DNA of 64,000 nucleotides, taken from positions 320,001 to 384,000 of the forward strand of contig CAWANJ010000003.1 of the NCBI GenBank assembly GCA_963783385.1, written 5' to 3'. The position numbers and the translations under genes are program-made. The notes beneath the pieces were generated by a model. The model saw only the letters and a list, made by a program, of their open reading frames with translations. It made no database searches and was not told where the DNA came from. This stretch comes from an uncultured Gemmatimonadales bacterium (lineage in GTDB: Bacteria > Gemmatimonadota > Gemmatimonadetes > Palauibacterales > Palauibacteraceae). Below are positions 21,054 through 30,675 of this stretch, in pieces; the first letter of the stretch is position 1, and each line of letters starts with the position of its first letter.

Positions 21054-21080
21054 TTTACCACACTGTTACGAATCCTTTGC
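21054..21080 (+). promoter_or_regulatory. Pho-box-like 11-bp-phased direct repeats
   Basis: TTTAC (21054), GTTAC (21065) and TTTGC (21076) upstream of the porin gene. Confidence 0.4.
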
Positions 21081-21187
21081 AGCGCCGTGGGGCGCGGCGG
21101 CCATCGTGTGCCGTCGACACCAGCGCGTGTCCATCGCCCGGACGGAGGAGCCGTCCCGCGCGGTGCGATCTGCGACCCAGGAGAGGG

Positions 21188-22225
21188 ATGACGATGAAGA
21201 TCATGCGATGGTCCGCAGCGGCACTGGCGCTCTTCGTGGCCGCCGCGTGGATGCCGCGCTCCGCGAGCGCCCAGGACGTCAGCACCAGCGGCGTGGTGTA
21301 CGCGCAGTGGCTCTACCAGCTCAAGCAGGACGCCGACAGCTCGCACTTCAACGGGTTCGACGTCACCCGGGCATACGTGAATCTCCGGGGCAAGTTCGGC
21401 GGTGGCGTGTCCACCCGGGTCACCGGCGACATCTACCGTGACGCCAACGGGTCCTACAACTACCGGCTCAAGTACGCCTACGTGGGCTTCACGCCCAGGA
21501 ACAGCCCGGTGACCTTCCTGTTCGGCCAGGTGCAGACGCCGTGGCTGGACTGGAACGAGGGCATGTGGGGCTACCGGATGCAGGGCACGATGGCCCTGGA
21601 CCGGAACCACTACCTCTCCTCCTCGGACATCGGCCTGGTGATGGACGGGACCTTCCAGAACCACCTGTTCGACTTCTACGCGGGCGTGTACAACGGCGAG
21701 GGCTACCACGCCGCCGAGGGTGACAGGCACAAGGACGTCATGGCCCGCGCCTCGGTGCGGCTCCTCGAGAGCGACGACATGAGCGCGCGCGGCGGCCTGC
21801 GGCTGACGGCCGAGGGCCAGCTCGGCGCGCCCACCGGCGGCGGCCGACGCAACCGGGCGATCGGGCAGCTCTCCTACAGGTCCAGGCTGCTCACGCTGGC
21901 CACCGAGATCGCCGCGACGGCCGACAGCTCGACCTCCTCGGCCACGCCGGAGGTCAAGGGCGTCGTGTCCAGCACCTTCGGCGTCCTCAACGTCCCCAAC
22001 AGCGCCGTGTCGCTGATCGGTCGGGTGGACATCGTCAACCCGAACAAGGACGTGACCGGCGACAGGAAGACCAACTACATCTTCGGCCTCGCCTACCGGA
22101 TCAGCCCGAACCTCCGGATTCTGGGCGACTGGGACTACACGCACTACGAGACGCCGCCGGCGGACTTCACGGCCGCTGCCGCCTCGTCTTCCAAGGCGCT
22201 CTTCCAGGCGGAGTTCACCTTCTGA
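21188..22225 (+). CDS. Outer-membrane porin (OprO/OprP-like)
   Basis: Signal peptide ending ASA-Q, FDVTRAYVN, RLKYAYV, GVYNGEGY, terminal Phe (AEFTF). Confidence 0.7.
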   Translation: MTMKIMRWSAAALALFVAAAWMPRSASAQDVSTSGVVYAQWLYQLKQDADSSHFNGFDVTRAYVNLRGKFGGGVSTRVTGDIYRDANGSYNYRLKYAYVGFTPRNSPVTFLFGQVQTPWLDWNEGMWGYRMQGTMALDRNHYLSSSDIGLVMDGTFQNHLFDFYAGVYNGEGYHAAEGDRHKDVMARASVRLLESDDMSARGGLRLTAEGQLGAPTGGGRRNRAIGQLSYRSRLLTLATEIAATADSSTSSATPEVKGVVSSTFGVLNVPNSAVSLIGRVDIVNPNKDVTGDRKTNYIFGLAYRISPNLRILGDWDYTHYETPPADFTAAAASSSKALFQAEFTF

Positions 22226-22365
22226 TCCTCTGATCCGTCCGGGCGGTGGCGGCCCTTCCTGGCCGCTCCGCCGCCCGGCGGGGACGCGGTCGGCCGGCCC
22301 GCGGGCTGTGGGGTCCCGCGTCGCCGGCCGTCGCGCATCAGGGGCCGGGACCCTATGTCTCCGGC

Positions 22366-22965
22366 ATGGCGAATCCACGGTCCGACGAAGAGCCCCCGCG
22401 CGCCCGCTGTGCGTGGGCGGAGGAGGACGAGCTCCTCCGCGTCTACCACGACGTCGAATGGGGCGTGCCGCTCCGGGAGGAGCGTGGCCTGTTCGAGCTC
22501 CTGGTCCTCGAGGGCTCCCAGGCGGGCCTGAGCTGGCTCACCATCCTGCGCAAGCGGGACGCCTACCGGGAGGCGTTCGAGGGCTTCGATCCCGAGCGGG
22601 TGGCCCACTTCGGCCCGTCCGACATCGACCGGCTGGTGCGGAACCCGGGCCTCGTCCGTCACCGGGGCAAGCTCGAGGCGGCCGTCACCAACGCGCGCGC
22701 CACCCTGCGGCTCCGTGACACCGACAGCGGACTGGCGTCGCTGGTGTGGTCCTTCGTGGACGGGGCTCCGATCGACCACGGGTGGCGCGAGTCCGCTCGG
22801 GTGCCGGCCTCGACCCCGCGCTCGGCCGCCCTGGCGGGGGCGCTTCGCCGACGCGGGTTCGCCTTCGTGGGCCCCACCACCTGCTACGCGTTCATGCAGG
22901 CGGCCGGCCTCGTGAACGACCACGTGGCGGGCTGCTTCCGGCACGCCGAGGTGGGCAGGGACTAG
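22366..22965 (+). CDS. tag: DNA-3-methyladenine glycosylase I
   Basis: RCAWA, YHDVEWGVP, LFELLVLEGSQAGLSWLTILRKR, FVGPTTCYAFMQAAGLVNDH. Confidence 0.95.
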   Translation: MANPRSDEEPPRARCAWAEEDELLRVYHDVEWGVPLREERGLFELLVLEGSQAGLSWLTILRKRDAYREAFEGFDPERVAHFGPSDIDRLVRNPGLVRHRGKLEAAVTNARATLRLRDTDSGLASLVWSFVDGAPIDHGWRESARVPASTPRSAALAGALRRRGFAFVGPTTCYAFMQAAGLVNDHVAGCFRHAEVGRD

Positions 22966-23055
22966 GCTCCCGGCTATGTTTCGGCCTCACGGTGGAGCAG
23001 GCTTCCGGGGCGACCGTTCGTGGCCGGCCCGGACCCGAATCGGAACGGAGGGGCC

Positions 23056-23637
23056 ATGACCGCGACAGGCGCTCGGAGCCGGAGGGCGGGCACGCTCCGC
23101 GGGGCGCTCGTCGGGCTGGCGCTCGCCGGGGCGCTGGCGTGTCCCGCGCGGCCGGCCCGCGCACAGGGAGTCACCGTCGGGGCCCTGCGTCCGGGGGCGC
23201 GGGTGCGGGTGCTGGGTCCGAATCTGGCCGAGCCGATCGTGGGGCGGCTCACCGCGCTCGCCAACGACACCCTCGCCGTGCTTCCGGAGGGGGCCGCCTC
23301 GCCCACCAGGATCTCCCTCGAGGACCCGATCGAGGTGCAGGTCAGCCAGGGGGATCACAGCCACCTGTGGCCCTGGGTGTGGAAGGGGGTCGTGGTGGGC
23401 AGCATCGTGGGCTTCGTGGGGGGAACCCTGATCGCCAACCACGAGAGCCTGACCGGGAGCGGCATCACGCGCGACATGGCCATCGGCACCGGCATCGGCG
23501 CCGGGGCCGGGGCGCTGACGGGAGGCGTGATCGGCGCGGTCCTGCCCTCGGAGCGGTGGAAGACCGTCTACCTGTCCTACCGGAAGACCGCCGGACGGTC
23601 CGGGGCCCTGGAGGTGGGTCTCCGCCTCCCGATGTGA
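23056..23637 (+). CDS. Hypothetical exported/membrane protein with glycine-zipper-like helices
   Basis: Signal peptide (ARA-Q), GVVVGSIVGFVGG and GTGIGAGAGALTGGVIGA; GGAGG RBS. Confidence 0.6.
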   Translation: MTATGARSRRAGTLRGALVGLALAGALACPARPARAQGVTVGALRPGARVRVLGPNLAEPIVGRLTALANDTLAVLPEGAASPTRISLEDPIEVQVSQGDHSHLWPWVWKGVVVGSIVGFVGGTLIANHESLTGSGITRDMAIGTGIGAGAGALTGGVIGAVLPSERWKTVYLSYRKTAGRSGALEVGLRLPM

Positions 23638-23820
23638 GGGCGGGCGCGTCCGCCGCCCCCACGGGCGCGCCGGTGGGCACCGGCGCGGGCGCGGCCCCGC
23701 TCTCCGTACGTGGCCCGGGGATCGGCCTGCTGATAGGATGCACCCGCGCGGTCCGGGGCGCGGGCCGTGGAACGAAGAGCGTGAGCAGCGGACGGGGCCT
23801 GGCCCTCGAGCGCGAATCCC

Positions 23821-25182
23821 ATGTCGATCAGCACTTCACAGCGACGGGACGTGGACGACGCGGCGACGCCGTTGACGCGGGTGGTGGTTCCCGCGCCGGA
23901 CGCCACGCCCGAGGCCTTCCTGTCCGCCTGCCTGACGCCGCGCGGCTTCTGGCAGCGGGACGCGGCCTGGAACGCCTGGAGCGGGAGCGTGGTCGGGATC
24001 CGAGTGGGGGCGGGAGAGGGCCGCGGTCCCATCGCCACGGTCGCCCGCGAGGCCTCGCTCCGGCTGGCGGGTGGGACCGACGAGGGCCGGCCGCCGCGCT
24101 TCCACGGCGGCTTCGCCTTCCACTCCGACCACCGGGCCGCGGGCGCATGGTCCGACTTTCCAGCCGCCCGCTTCGACCTGCCGGCCGCCGAGCTGATCGG
24201 GGGAGCCGGGGTCGGGACCCGGCTCGTGGTCACCGTGCCCGGCTCGGGAGAGCGGGCCAGGGCGCGGGCGAGGCGCCGCGCCGAGGCGCTCGCCGGTCGC
24301 CTCGGCGCCGGTCCCGCGGCCGGCGCTCCCCGACGACCGGACGAGGTCCGGGACAGGAGCGAGCCCGTGTCGCGGGAGGCCTGGCGCCGGGGAGTCGAGG
24401 CCGCGCTCGAGGCGATCCGGGCCGGGCGCTTTCGCAAGGTGGTGCTCGCCCGGCCCCTGGACGTGGCGCTCGCCCGGGTCCCGGACCCCGCGGCCCTGCT
24501 CCTCCGTCTGCGCGGCCGCGAGGAGGGGAGCTTCCCCTTCCTGTTCGAGCCGGTGCCGGGATCGGTCTTCTTCGGCGCCTCGCCCGAGCTGGTCGCGCTG
24601 CGCAGCGGCGACCGACTGCACGCCATGGCCGTGGCCGGAACCGCGCCGCGCTCCTTCGACGCCGCCGAGGACGAGCGGCTGGGGCGCGAGCTCCTGGACA
24701 GCGCCAAGGAGCGGACCGAGCACGCGATCGGCGTGAGGGACATGCGCGAGCGCCTGGCGGCCCTGGGCGGCGACCCCGAGGTGGACGAGCTGCCCCACCT
24801 CCTGCGCCTGCGCGGCATCCAGCACCTGCGCACGGACCTGTCCGTGCGGGCCGGCCGCGGGCGCGGCGTGCTCGACCTGCTCGAGGTCATGCACCCGACC
24901 GCGGCCGTGTCCGGCTACCCGCGCGAGCCCGCCGCCGCCTTCCTGCGCGAGCGGGAGAGCTTCGCGCGCGGCTGGTACGCCGGGCCGGTGGGCTGGTTCG
25001 ACGCCGCCGGCGAGGGAGCGTTCGCGCCGGCCCTGCGCTGCGCGCTGCTGCGCGGTGACCGGGCGCGACTGTTCGCGGGCGCCGGGCTTGTGGAGGGCTC
25101 GGACCCGGAGCGCGAGTGGGAGGAGACGGCCCTGAAGCTGCGACCCATGCTGGAGATCCTCGCCGGCGGTCCGGAGGCGTGA
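23821..25182 (+). CDS. menF: Isochorismate synthase
   Basis: KVVLAR, FFGASPEL, AVAGTAPR, KERTEH, IQHLRT, HPTAAVSGYP, RGWYAGPVGW, FAGAGLVEGSDP. Confidence 0.9.
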   Translation: MSISTSQRRDVDDAATPLTRVVVPAPDATPEAFLSACLTPRGFWQRDAAWNAWSGSVVGIRVGAGEGRGPIATVAREASLRLAGGTDEGRPPRFHGGFAFHSDHRAAGAWSDFPAARFDLPAAELIGGAGVGTRLVVTVPGSGERARARARRRAEALAGRLGAGPAAGAPRRPDEVRDRSEPVSREAWRRGVEAALEAIRAGRFRKVVLARPLDVALARVPDPAALLLRLRGREEGSFPFLFEPVPGSVFFGASPELVALRSGDRLHAMAVAGTAPRSFDAAEDERLGRELLDSAKERTEHAIGVRDMRERLAALGGDPEVDELPHLLRLRGIQHLRTDLSVRAGRGRGVLDLLEVMHPTAAVSGYPREPAAAFLRERESFARGWYAGPVGWFDAAGEGAFAPALRCALLRGDRARLFAGAGLVEGSDPEREWEETALKLRPMLEILAGGPEA

Positions 25183-27122
25183 GGGCCGAGAACCGCAACA
25201 CCGCGTGGTCCTCGGCGTTCGTGGACGAGCTGGCCCGGGCGGGCGTCCGGCACGCCTGCGTGGCGCCGGGCTCGCGCTCCACCCCGCTCGTCCTCGCCCT
25301 GGCGGCCGACGGGCGCATCCGCTGCCACGTGCACCTGGACGAGCGCAGCGCCGCCTTCTTCGCCCTCGGCCTGGGCAAGGCCACCGGCGTGCCGGCGGCG
25401 GTGGTCACCACCTCGGGGACGGCCGCGGCCAACCTGCTGCCGGCCGTGATGGAGGCGGATGCGAGCCGCGCACCCCTCCTCCTGCTCACGGCGGACCGCC
25501 CGGCCCGGCTGCGAGGCACGGACGCCAACCAGACGGTGGACCAGCTCCTCCTGTTCGGGGGGCGGGTGCGGCTGTTCCACGAGGTGGCCGCGCCCGAGGC
25601 GGCCGACCGGCCGCTTCGCTACGTGCGGGCGCTGGCCGGGAGGGCGGTCGGCGCGGCGATCGGACCGCCGGCCGGCCCGGTGCACCTGGACTTCCCCTTC
25701 GAAAAGCCCCTGGAGCCCGTGCCGGTGGCGGGCGACGTGCCCGGCGACCTGCCGGAACGGGCGCCCCTGGCGGCAGCGGGCCGTCCGGGCGGCCGGGCGT
25801 ACACGGCGGTCACCCCGCCGTGCCTGCTCCCCGAGCCGGGGGCGCTCGAGGCGCTCGCCCGACGGCTGGCGGAGGCGGGGCGCGTGCTCCTCGTGTGCGG
25901 GCCGGCCCCGGACGCCCCGGGTGCGCTCCGGCTGGGCGGCCCGGCGCTCCGGCTGGCGGCCGCCGGCGGCTGGCCCCTGCTGGCCGATCCGCTGTCGGGG
26001 GCCCGGTTCGCCCCGGGCGCCGCGGGGGGAACGCTGGGGGCCTACGACCTTTTCCTGCGCTCGGCCCGGATCCGCGGCGCCCTGCGCCCCGACCTGGTCC
26101 TGCGACTGGGGCCGGCCCCGACATCGGCCGCCCTGTCCACGTACCTGGAGGAGCACGCGGACCGCGAGCAGGTCGTGGTCGACACGGGACCGTCCTGGGC
26201 GGACCACGCGGCCGCCGCCTCGATCATGATGCGCGCCGAGCCCGCCGCGCTGGCCGCGCGCCTGGCGGACCTCGTGGAGGGAGCCGCCGAGGGGGCCGGC
26301 CCGGCCGTCGGGGCGGCGGCCGGCCGGGCCCCGACCGGATGGGCCGCGGCATGGCGCGCGGCCGAGACGGCGGCTCGCGAGGCGGCGCTCGCCGCCCTGG
26401 ATGGCCAGGAGGGCGTGTTCGAGGGCGAGGTGCTGGCGGCGCTCGCCCGGGACCTTCCGACCGGCACGCGGCTGTTCGTGGGGAGCAGCATGCCGGTCCG
26501 GGACCTCGACGCGTTCGGCGAGCCGCGCGACGGGACGCTGGTCGTGATCGGGAACCGCGGCGCCAGCGGCATCGACGGCTCGGTGAGCACGGCCCTGGGC
26601 CTGGCGGCCTCCGGCACGGCCGCGGACGGGGCCGACGCCGCCGTCGGCCCGAAGCCGGGCCCGCCCACGGTGGCCGCGCTCGGAGACCTGTCCCTGTACC
26701 ACGACATGAACGGGTTGCTGGCCGCGGGGAAGGAGGGCCTGAACGTCGTGTTCGTGGTCATCCACAACGATGGCGGCGGCATCTTCCACATGCTCCCGAT
26801 TCGGGAGTACGAGCCGGCGTTCACCCCCTTGTTCGCGGCCCCGCACGGCCTGGACTTCGTCCACGCCGCGCGCCTGTACGGACTGGCCTACCGGGCGGTC
26901 GAGCCGGCGGGGACGGGCCGGGTGGCCGGGATGCTGCAGGAGGCGGTCGGTGCGGCGCTCGCGGCCGGCGGCGCCCACCTCGTGGTCGTGCGCTCCGATC
27001 GGCGCCGGAACCACGAGCTCCACGAGCGAGCCGCCTCCGCGGCCGTCGACGCGGCGGAGCGTGCGCTGGAGGGGCGGAGCCCCGGCCTCGCGGCCGGCCG
27101 GGCGGGAGACCGCGGGCCCTAG
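25179..27122 (+). CDS. menD: SEPHCHC synthase
   Basis: APGSRSTPL, DERSAAFFALG, TSGTAAANL, TADRP, SMPVRD, NRGASGIDG, GDLSLYHD, NDGGGIF. Confidence 0.95.
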   Translation: MRAENRNTAWSSAFVDELARAGVRHACVAPGSRSTPLVLALAADGRIRCHVHLDERSAAFFALGLGKATGVPAAVVTTSGTAAANLLPAVMEADASRAPLLLLTADRPARLRGTDANQTVDQLLLFGGRVRLFHEVAAPEAADRPLRYVRALAGRAVGAAIGPPAGPVHLDFPFEKPLEPVPVAGDVPGDLPERAPLAAAGRPGGRAYTAVTPPCLLPEPGALEALARRLAEAGRVLLVCGPAPDAPGALRLGGPALRLAAAGGWPLLADPLSGARFAPGAAGGTLGAYDLFLRSARIRGALRPDLVLRLGPAPTSAALSTYLEEHADREQVVVDTGPSWADHAAAASIMMRAEPAALAARLADLVEGAAEGAGPAVGAAAGRAPTGWAAAWRAAETAAREAALAALDGQEGVFEGEVLAALARDLPTGTRLFVGSSMPVRDLDAFGEPRDGTLVVIGNRGASGIDGSVSTALGLAASGTAADGADAAVGPKPGPPTVAALGDLSLYHDMNGLLAAGKEGLNVVFVVIHNDGGGIFHMLPIREYEPAFTPLFAAPHGLDFVHAARLYGLAYRAVEPAGTGRVAGMLQEAVGAALAAGGAHLVVVRSDRRRNHELHERAASAAVDAAERALEGRSPGLAAGRAGDRGP

Positions 27123-27196
27123 CGAGCGCGGAACCGGGGGACCGGAGCCCGGCACGACACGTCCAGGAACACCGCAGACCAGGGAGAGGAATCACC

Positions 27197-28052
27197 ATGT
27201 CGGAGCTGTACTGGAAGTCGGAGGCGGAGTGGGAGCGGGTGAAGGCCTACGAGGACATCACCTACCACAAGTGGGGCGGCATCGCCCGCATCGCCTTCGA
27301 CCGACCCGAGGTGCGCAACGCCTTCCGCCCGGACACCCTGTTCGAGCTCCAGGAGGCCTTCAGGGACGCCAACGAGGACCCGTCCATCGGCGTGGTGCTG
27401 TTCACCGGGAACGGGCCGGCGGAGGACGGGGGCTGGGCGTTCTGCAGCGGGGGTGACCAGAAGGTCCGGGGCGACTCGGGCTACGTGGGCTCGGACGGAG
27501 TGGCGCGCCTCAACGTCCTCGAGCTGCAGCGTTTCATCCGCACGATGCCCAAGCCGGTCATCTGCCTGGCGTCCGGCTACGCCATCGGCGGCGGCCACGT
27601 CCTGCACGTCATTCTGCGACCTCACGATCGCCTCGGACAGGGCGATCTTCGGGCAGACGGGCCCCATGGTGGGGAGCTTCGACGCGGGCTACGGCTCCGC
27701 GTTCCTGGCGCGCATCGTCGGGCAGAAGAAGGCGCGCGAGATCTGGTACCTGTGCCGCCAGTACTCGGCCGAGGAGGCCCTGGACATGGGTCTCGTGAAC
27801 GCGGTCGTCCCCCACGACGACCTGGAGGCCGAGGGGGTCCGCTGGGCGAAGGAGATCCTCTCCAAGAGCCCGATCGCCATCCGCTTCATCAAGGCGGCCA
27901 TGAACGCGGACGTGGATGGCCAGACGGGACTCCAGGTGCTGGCCGGCGACGCCACCATGCTCTTCTACATGACCGAGGAGGGGCAGGAGGGGCGCAACGC
28001 CTTCGTGGAGAAGCGGAAGCCGGACTTCCAGCAGTATCCCTGGAGGCCGTGA
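27197..28052 (+). CDS. menB: 1,4-dihydroxy-2-naphthoyl-CoA synthase, frameshifted near 27615
   Basis: [35 protein letters not shown], then [16 protein letters not shown] and [11 protein letters not shown]. Confidence 0.92.
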
Positions 28053-28999
28053 GCGAGGCCGGAGGCTCCCCGGCTCCCGGGGGAGGCCCCGACGGGCCCC
28101 GGGGCCGGCCCGCGGAGCGACGCGCGGTCGTGCGCGCCTGGACCATCGGCGCCCGGCTCCACACCCTGCCGGCGGCCGCCGCCCCGGTGTTCGTGGGCGG
28201 AGGACTGGCACGGTGGGCGGGCCGCTTCGCGCCGGGCCCGTTCGTGGCCGCGCTGGCGGGGGCCCTCCTCATCCAGATCGCCACGAACTTCGCCAACGAC
28301 TACCACGACTTCCACCGTGGGGCCGACACGGACGAGCGCGAGGGCTTCGTGCGGGTGACGCAGGCCGGCCTGGTCCCGCCCGAGCGGGTCCGCCGCTGGA
28401 TGATCCAGAGCTTCGGACTCGCCCTCCTTCCGGGCCTCTACCTGGCCTGGGTGGCGGGCTGGCCCGTGGTGGCGGTCGGGCTGGCCTCGATCGCGGCCGG
28501 GATGGCCTACACGGGCGGGCCCTGGCCCCTGGCCTACCACGGTCTCGGGGAGCCGTTCGTGTTCGTGTTCTTCGGGCTCGTGGCCGTGTCCGTCACCGAG
28601 TACGTGCAGACGCTGACCTTCGACCCCTCTTCGCTGGTGGCCGGGTGCGGCGTGGGAGCCCTGACCACGGCCATTCTCGTGGTCAACAACCTGCGGGACA
28701 TCCCGACCGACAGGCTCGCGGGCAAGCACACCCTGGCCGTCCGGCTCGGCGAGGAGGGGAGCCGAAGGGAGTACGCCCTCCTCCTCCTGGTCGCTCTCGC
28801 CGCCCCCGTCGTGGGCGTGGCGCTGTGCGGCTGGCCGGCCTGGTCGCTCCTGGCGTCCGCGGCCAGCCTCCTGGGTCTCGCCCCGCTCCGCACCCTGCGG
28901 ACGTTCGGCGCGCGCTCCGAGCTCAACGGCGCGCTGAGCAGCACCGGGCGCGCCGTCCTCGTCTATGGCCTGCTCCTCGGCGCCGGACTGGCCCTGTAG
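28049..28999 (+). CDS. menA: DHNA polyprenyltransferase
   Basis: [49 protein letters not shown]...K.TLAVRLG. Confidence 0.92.
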   Translation: MSEAGGSPAPGGGPDGPRGRPAERRAVVRAWTIGARLHTLPAAAAPVFVGGGLARWAGRFAPGPFVAALAGALLIQIATNFANDYHDFHRGADTDEREGFVRVTQAGLVPPERVRRWMIQSFGLALLPGLYLAWVAGWPVVAVGLASIAAGMAYTGGPWPLAYHGLGEPFVFVFFGLVAVSVTEYVQTLTFDPSSLVAGCGVGALTTAILVVNNLRDIPTDRLAGKHTLAVRLGEEGSRREYALLLLVALAAPVVGVALCGWPAWSLLASAASLLGLAPLRTLRTFGARSELNGALSSTGRAVLVYGLLLGAGLAL

Positions 29000-29182
29000 C
29001 GCCGCCCCCACCGCCTCTTTTCGTGCACGAGATTCCGGACTCGGGCCCGGCTTTTGCGAGCATCACTTCCGTCATGTTCGGGGCGGTCCTTGCAACCAGG
29101 GGGATGGTGTCTATTGTATAACAGTGCCAATAGTGGATCTTTTCCGTGTGATTTCGAGTCACTCCCGCAGAGAGGGGGCAGC

Positions 29183-29842
29183 ATGAACATGCGTACGAAG
29201 TTCGGGATCGTGGTGCTCGCGGCCCTGCTGGTCGGCGCGCCGGCCATGGCGCACGCCCAGGATGCCAAGTGGTCGATCGACCCGCGCGGCGGCCTGACCC
29301 TGCCGATCGGCAACCTCAAGGACATCGAGAAGCCGGGCTTCGCGGCCGGCATCGGGATCGCGTACTGGGTGGTGCCCCGTGTGGCCATCCGGGCGGACGT
29401 GGCCGCGGACGTGATGAGCGCCAAGGACCAGACGCATCCCGGGATCCTGGTCAACGACGTGCCGGACGTCAGCCTGTACAGCTACACGGGTGGCATCGAG
29501 TTCCTCCTGACCCCGCCGGACCAGGAGCGCTGGGACGTGACCGTCAACGTGGGGGCGGGCGCGACCACCATGGACACGAACTCGGCCACGGCGTTCGAGA
29601 CCGCGTCGGGCGGGCTGCAGACCGACTTCACCAAGACCTACTTCAGCGGCGTGGGTCTGGTGAAGTTCGGCTACAAGGCCAGCGACATGCTCGACCTCTA
29701 CCTGTCGGGCGGCGCCCGCCTCGTGAAGACCAAGGCGGCCGACACGGGCGTGTTCAGCGCGTTCAGCTCGAACCTGCCGAGCGCCGGCTTCAGCAGCGTC
29801 GTGACCTTCCCGATCCAGCTGGGCGTGCGGGCGAGTTTCTGA
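29183..29842 (+). CDS. Small outer-membrane beta-barrel protein
   Basis: Signal peptide (AHA-Q), alternating beta-strands, terminal Phe. Confidence 0.75.
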   Translation: MNMRTKFGIVVLAALLVGAPAMAHAQDAKWSIDPRGGLTLPIGNLKDIEKPGFAAGIGIAYWVVPRVAIRADVAADVMSAKDQTHPGILVNDVPDVSLYSYTGGIEFLLTPPDQERWDVTVNVGAGATTMDTNSATAFETASGGLQTDFTKTYFSGVGLVKFGYKASDMLDLYLSGGARLVKTKAADTGVFSAFSSNLPSAGFSSVVTFPIQLGVRASF

Positions 29843-29869
29843 GCTCCCGCTCTCCGGACCGGAACGCGC

Positions 29870-29895
29870 AAGGGGCGCCCCGGGGGGCGCCCCTT
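29870..29895. terminator. Hairpin between convergent genes
   Basis: AAGGGGCGCCC-CGGG-GGGCGCCCCTT, 11-bp perfect stem. Confidence 0.65.
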
Positions 29896-29966
29896 CGTGC
29901 ATCGGCCGGCGGACCGGGCCGCCTCCGGCGCCGTGTCCGCCTCCCGCGCGGCGTCCGCCGGTCGGC

Positions 29967-30611
29967 CTAGTCGCTCTTCCCCAGCGACAGGAGCTGGAGC
30001 CTGGTGACGATCATGTCCTCCAGCCGGCCGGTCGACGTGCAGTCGGTCTGGCTGGAGCTGAGGCCGTGCTGCCGCGCCGTGCCGCTCACCAGGGTGATCA
30101 CCTCGCTCTCCTTCGACGCCACGTCGGCGGCGCGGATCTGGGTGGCCACGGTCATGGTGAGCTCGCCCTGGTCCGCCATGGAGCCGGTGATAGTCCTACC
30201 GCAGTCCAGGAACAGGGAGAGCCGGTGGTCCCCCAGGCGGCGCGTGGCGTCGAAGTCGACGCTGCCCAGCACGTGCGCCTCTCCGTTTCGAACGTGGACC
30301 GGGACCGAGAGCGAGTCGTAGACCTGCTCCAGGAAGGGCCATAGCTTCTGCGGCGGCTCTGCGATCGTGTCGACCCTGGCGGCGCCCTGGGCGGACCTCC
30401 GGAAGTTGAAGCGGCCGTTGGCCGTGTTGAGCTCCGCGACCATGTTGTCGCCGCTGCCGCTGACGCTCGAGACCTGCATCTGCCGGCTGGCGCAGGCGGT
30501 CGCCGCGAGCCCGAGGGCCAGCGCCACGGCGAGCTCGACGTGCCTTCCGACGGGCGGTCGCCGCCGCGTGTGATCGGAGGCGTGGGCCCGGTGGCCGGAG
30601 AGAGGGATCAT
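29967..30611 (-). CDS. Hypothetical lipoprotein
   Basis: Lipobox-like ATA-C; LSLFLDCG and CTSTGRLE motifs. Confidence 0.7.
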   Translation of the reverse strand: MIPLSGHRAHASDHTRRRPPVGRHVELAVALALGLAATACASRQMQVSSVSGSGDNMVAELNTANGRFNFRRSAQGAARVDTIAEPPQKLWPFLEQVYDSLSVPVHVRNGEAHVLGSVDFDATRRLGDHRLSLFLDCGRTITGSMADQGELTMTVATQIRAADVASKESEVITLVSGTARQHGLSSSQTDCTSTGRLEDMIVTRLQLLSLGKSD

Positions 30612-30675
30612 GGCAGGTCACCCGTCCGAGGTTGGAGGAATTCAAAATCCGAGGGACCTTGACGTCATCTAGAGT

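Noticed and set aside
25205-28999. 1264-aa ORF suggesting a MenB-MenA fusion
   Set aside because: Artefact of the menB frameshift near 27615; menB ends at 28052 and menA starts at 28049.
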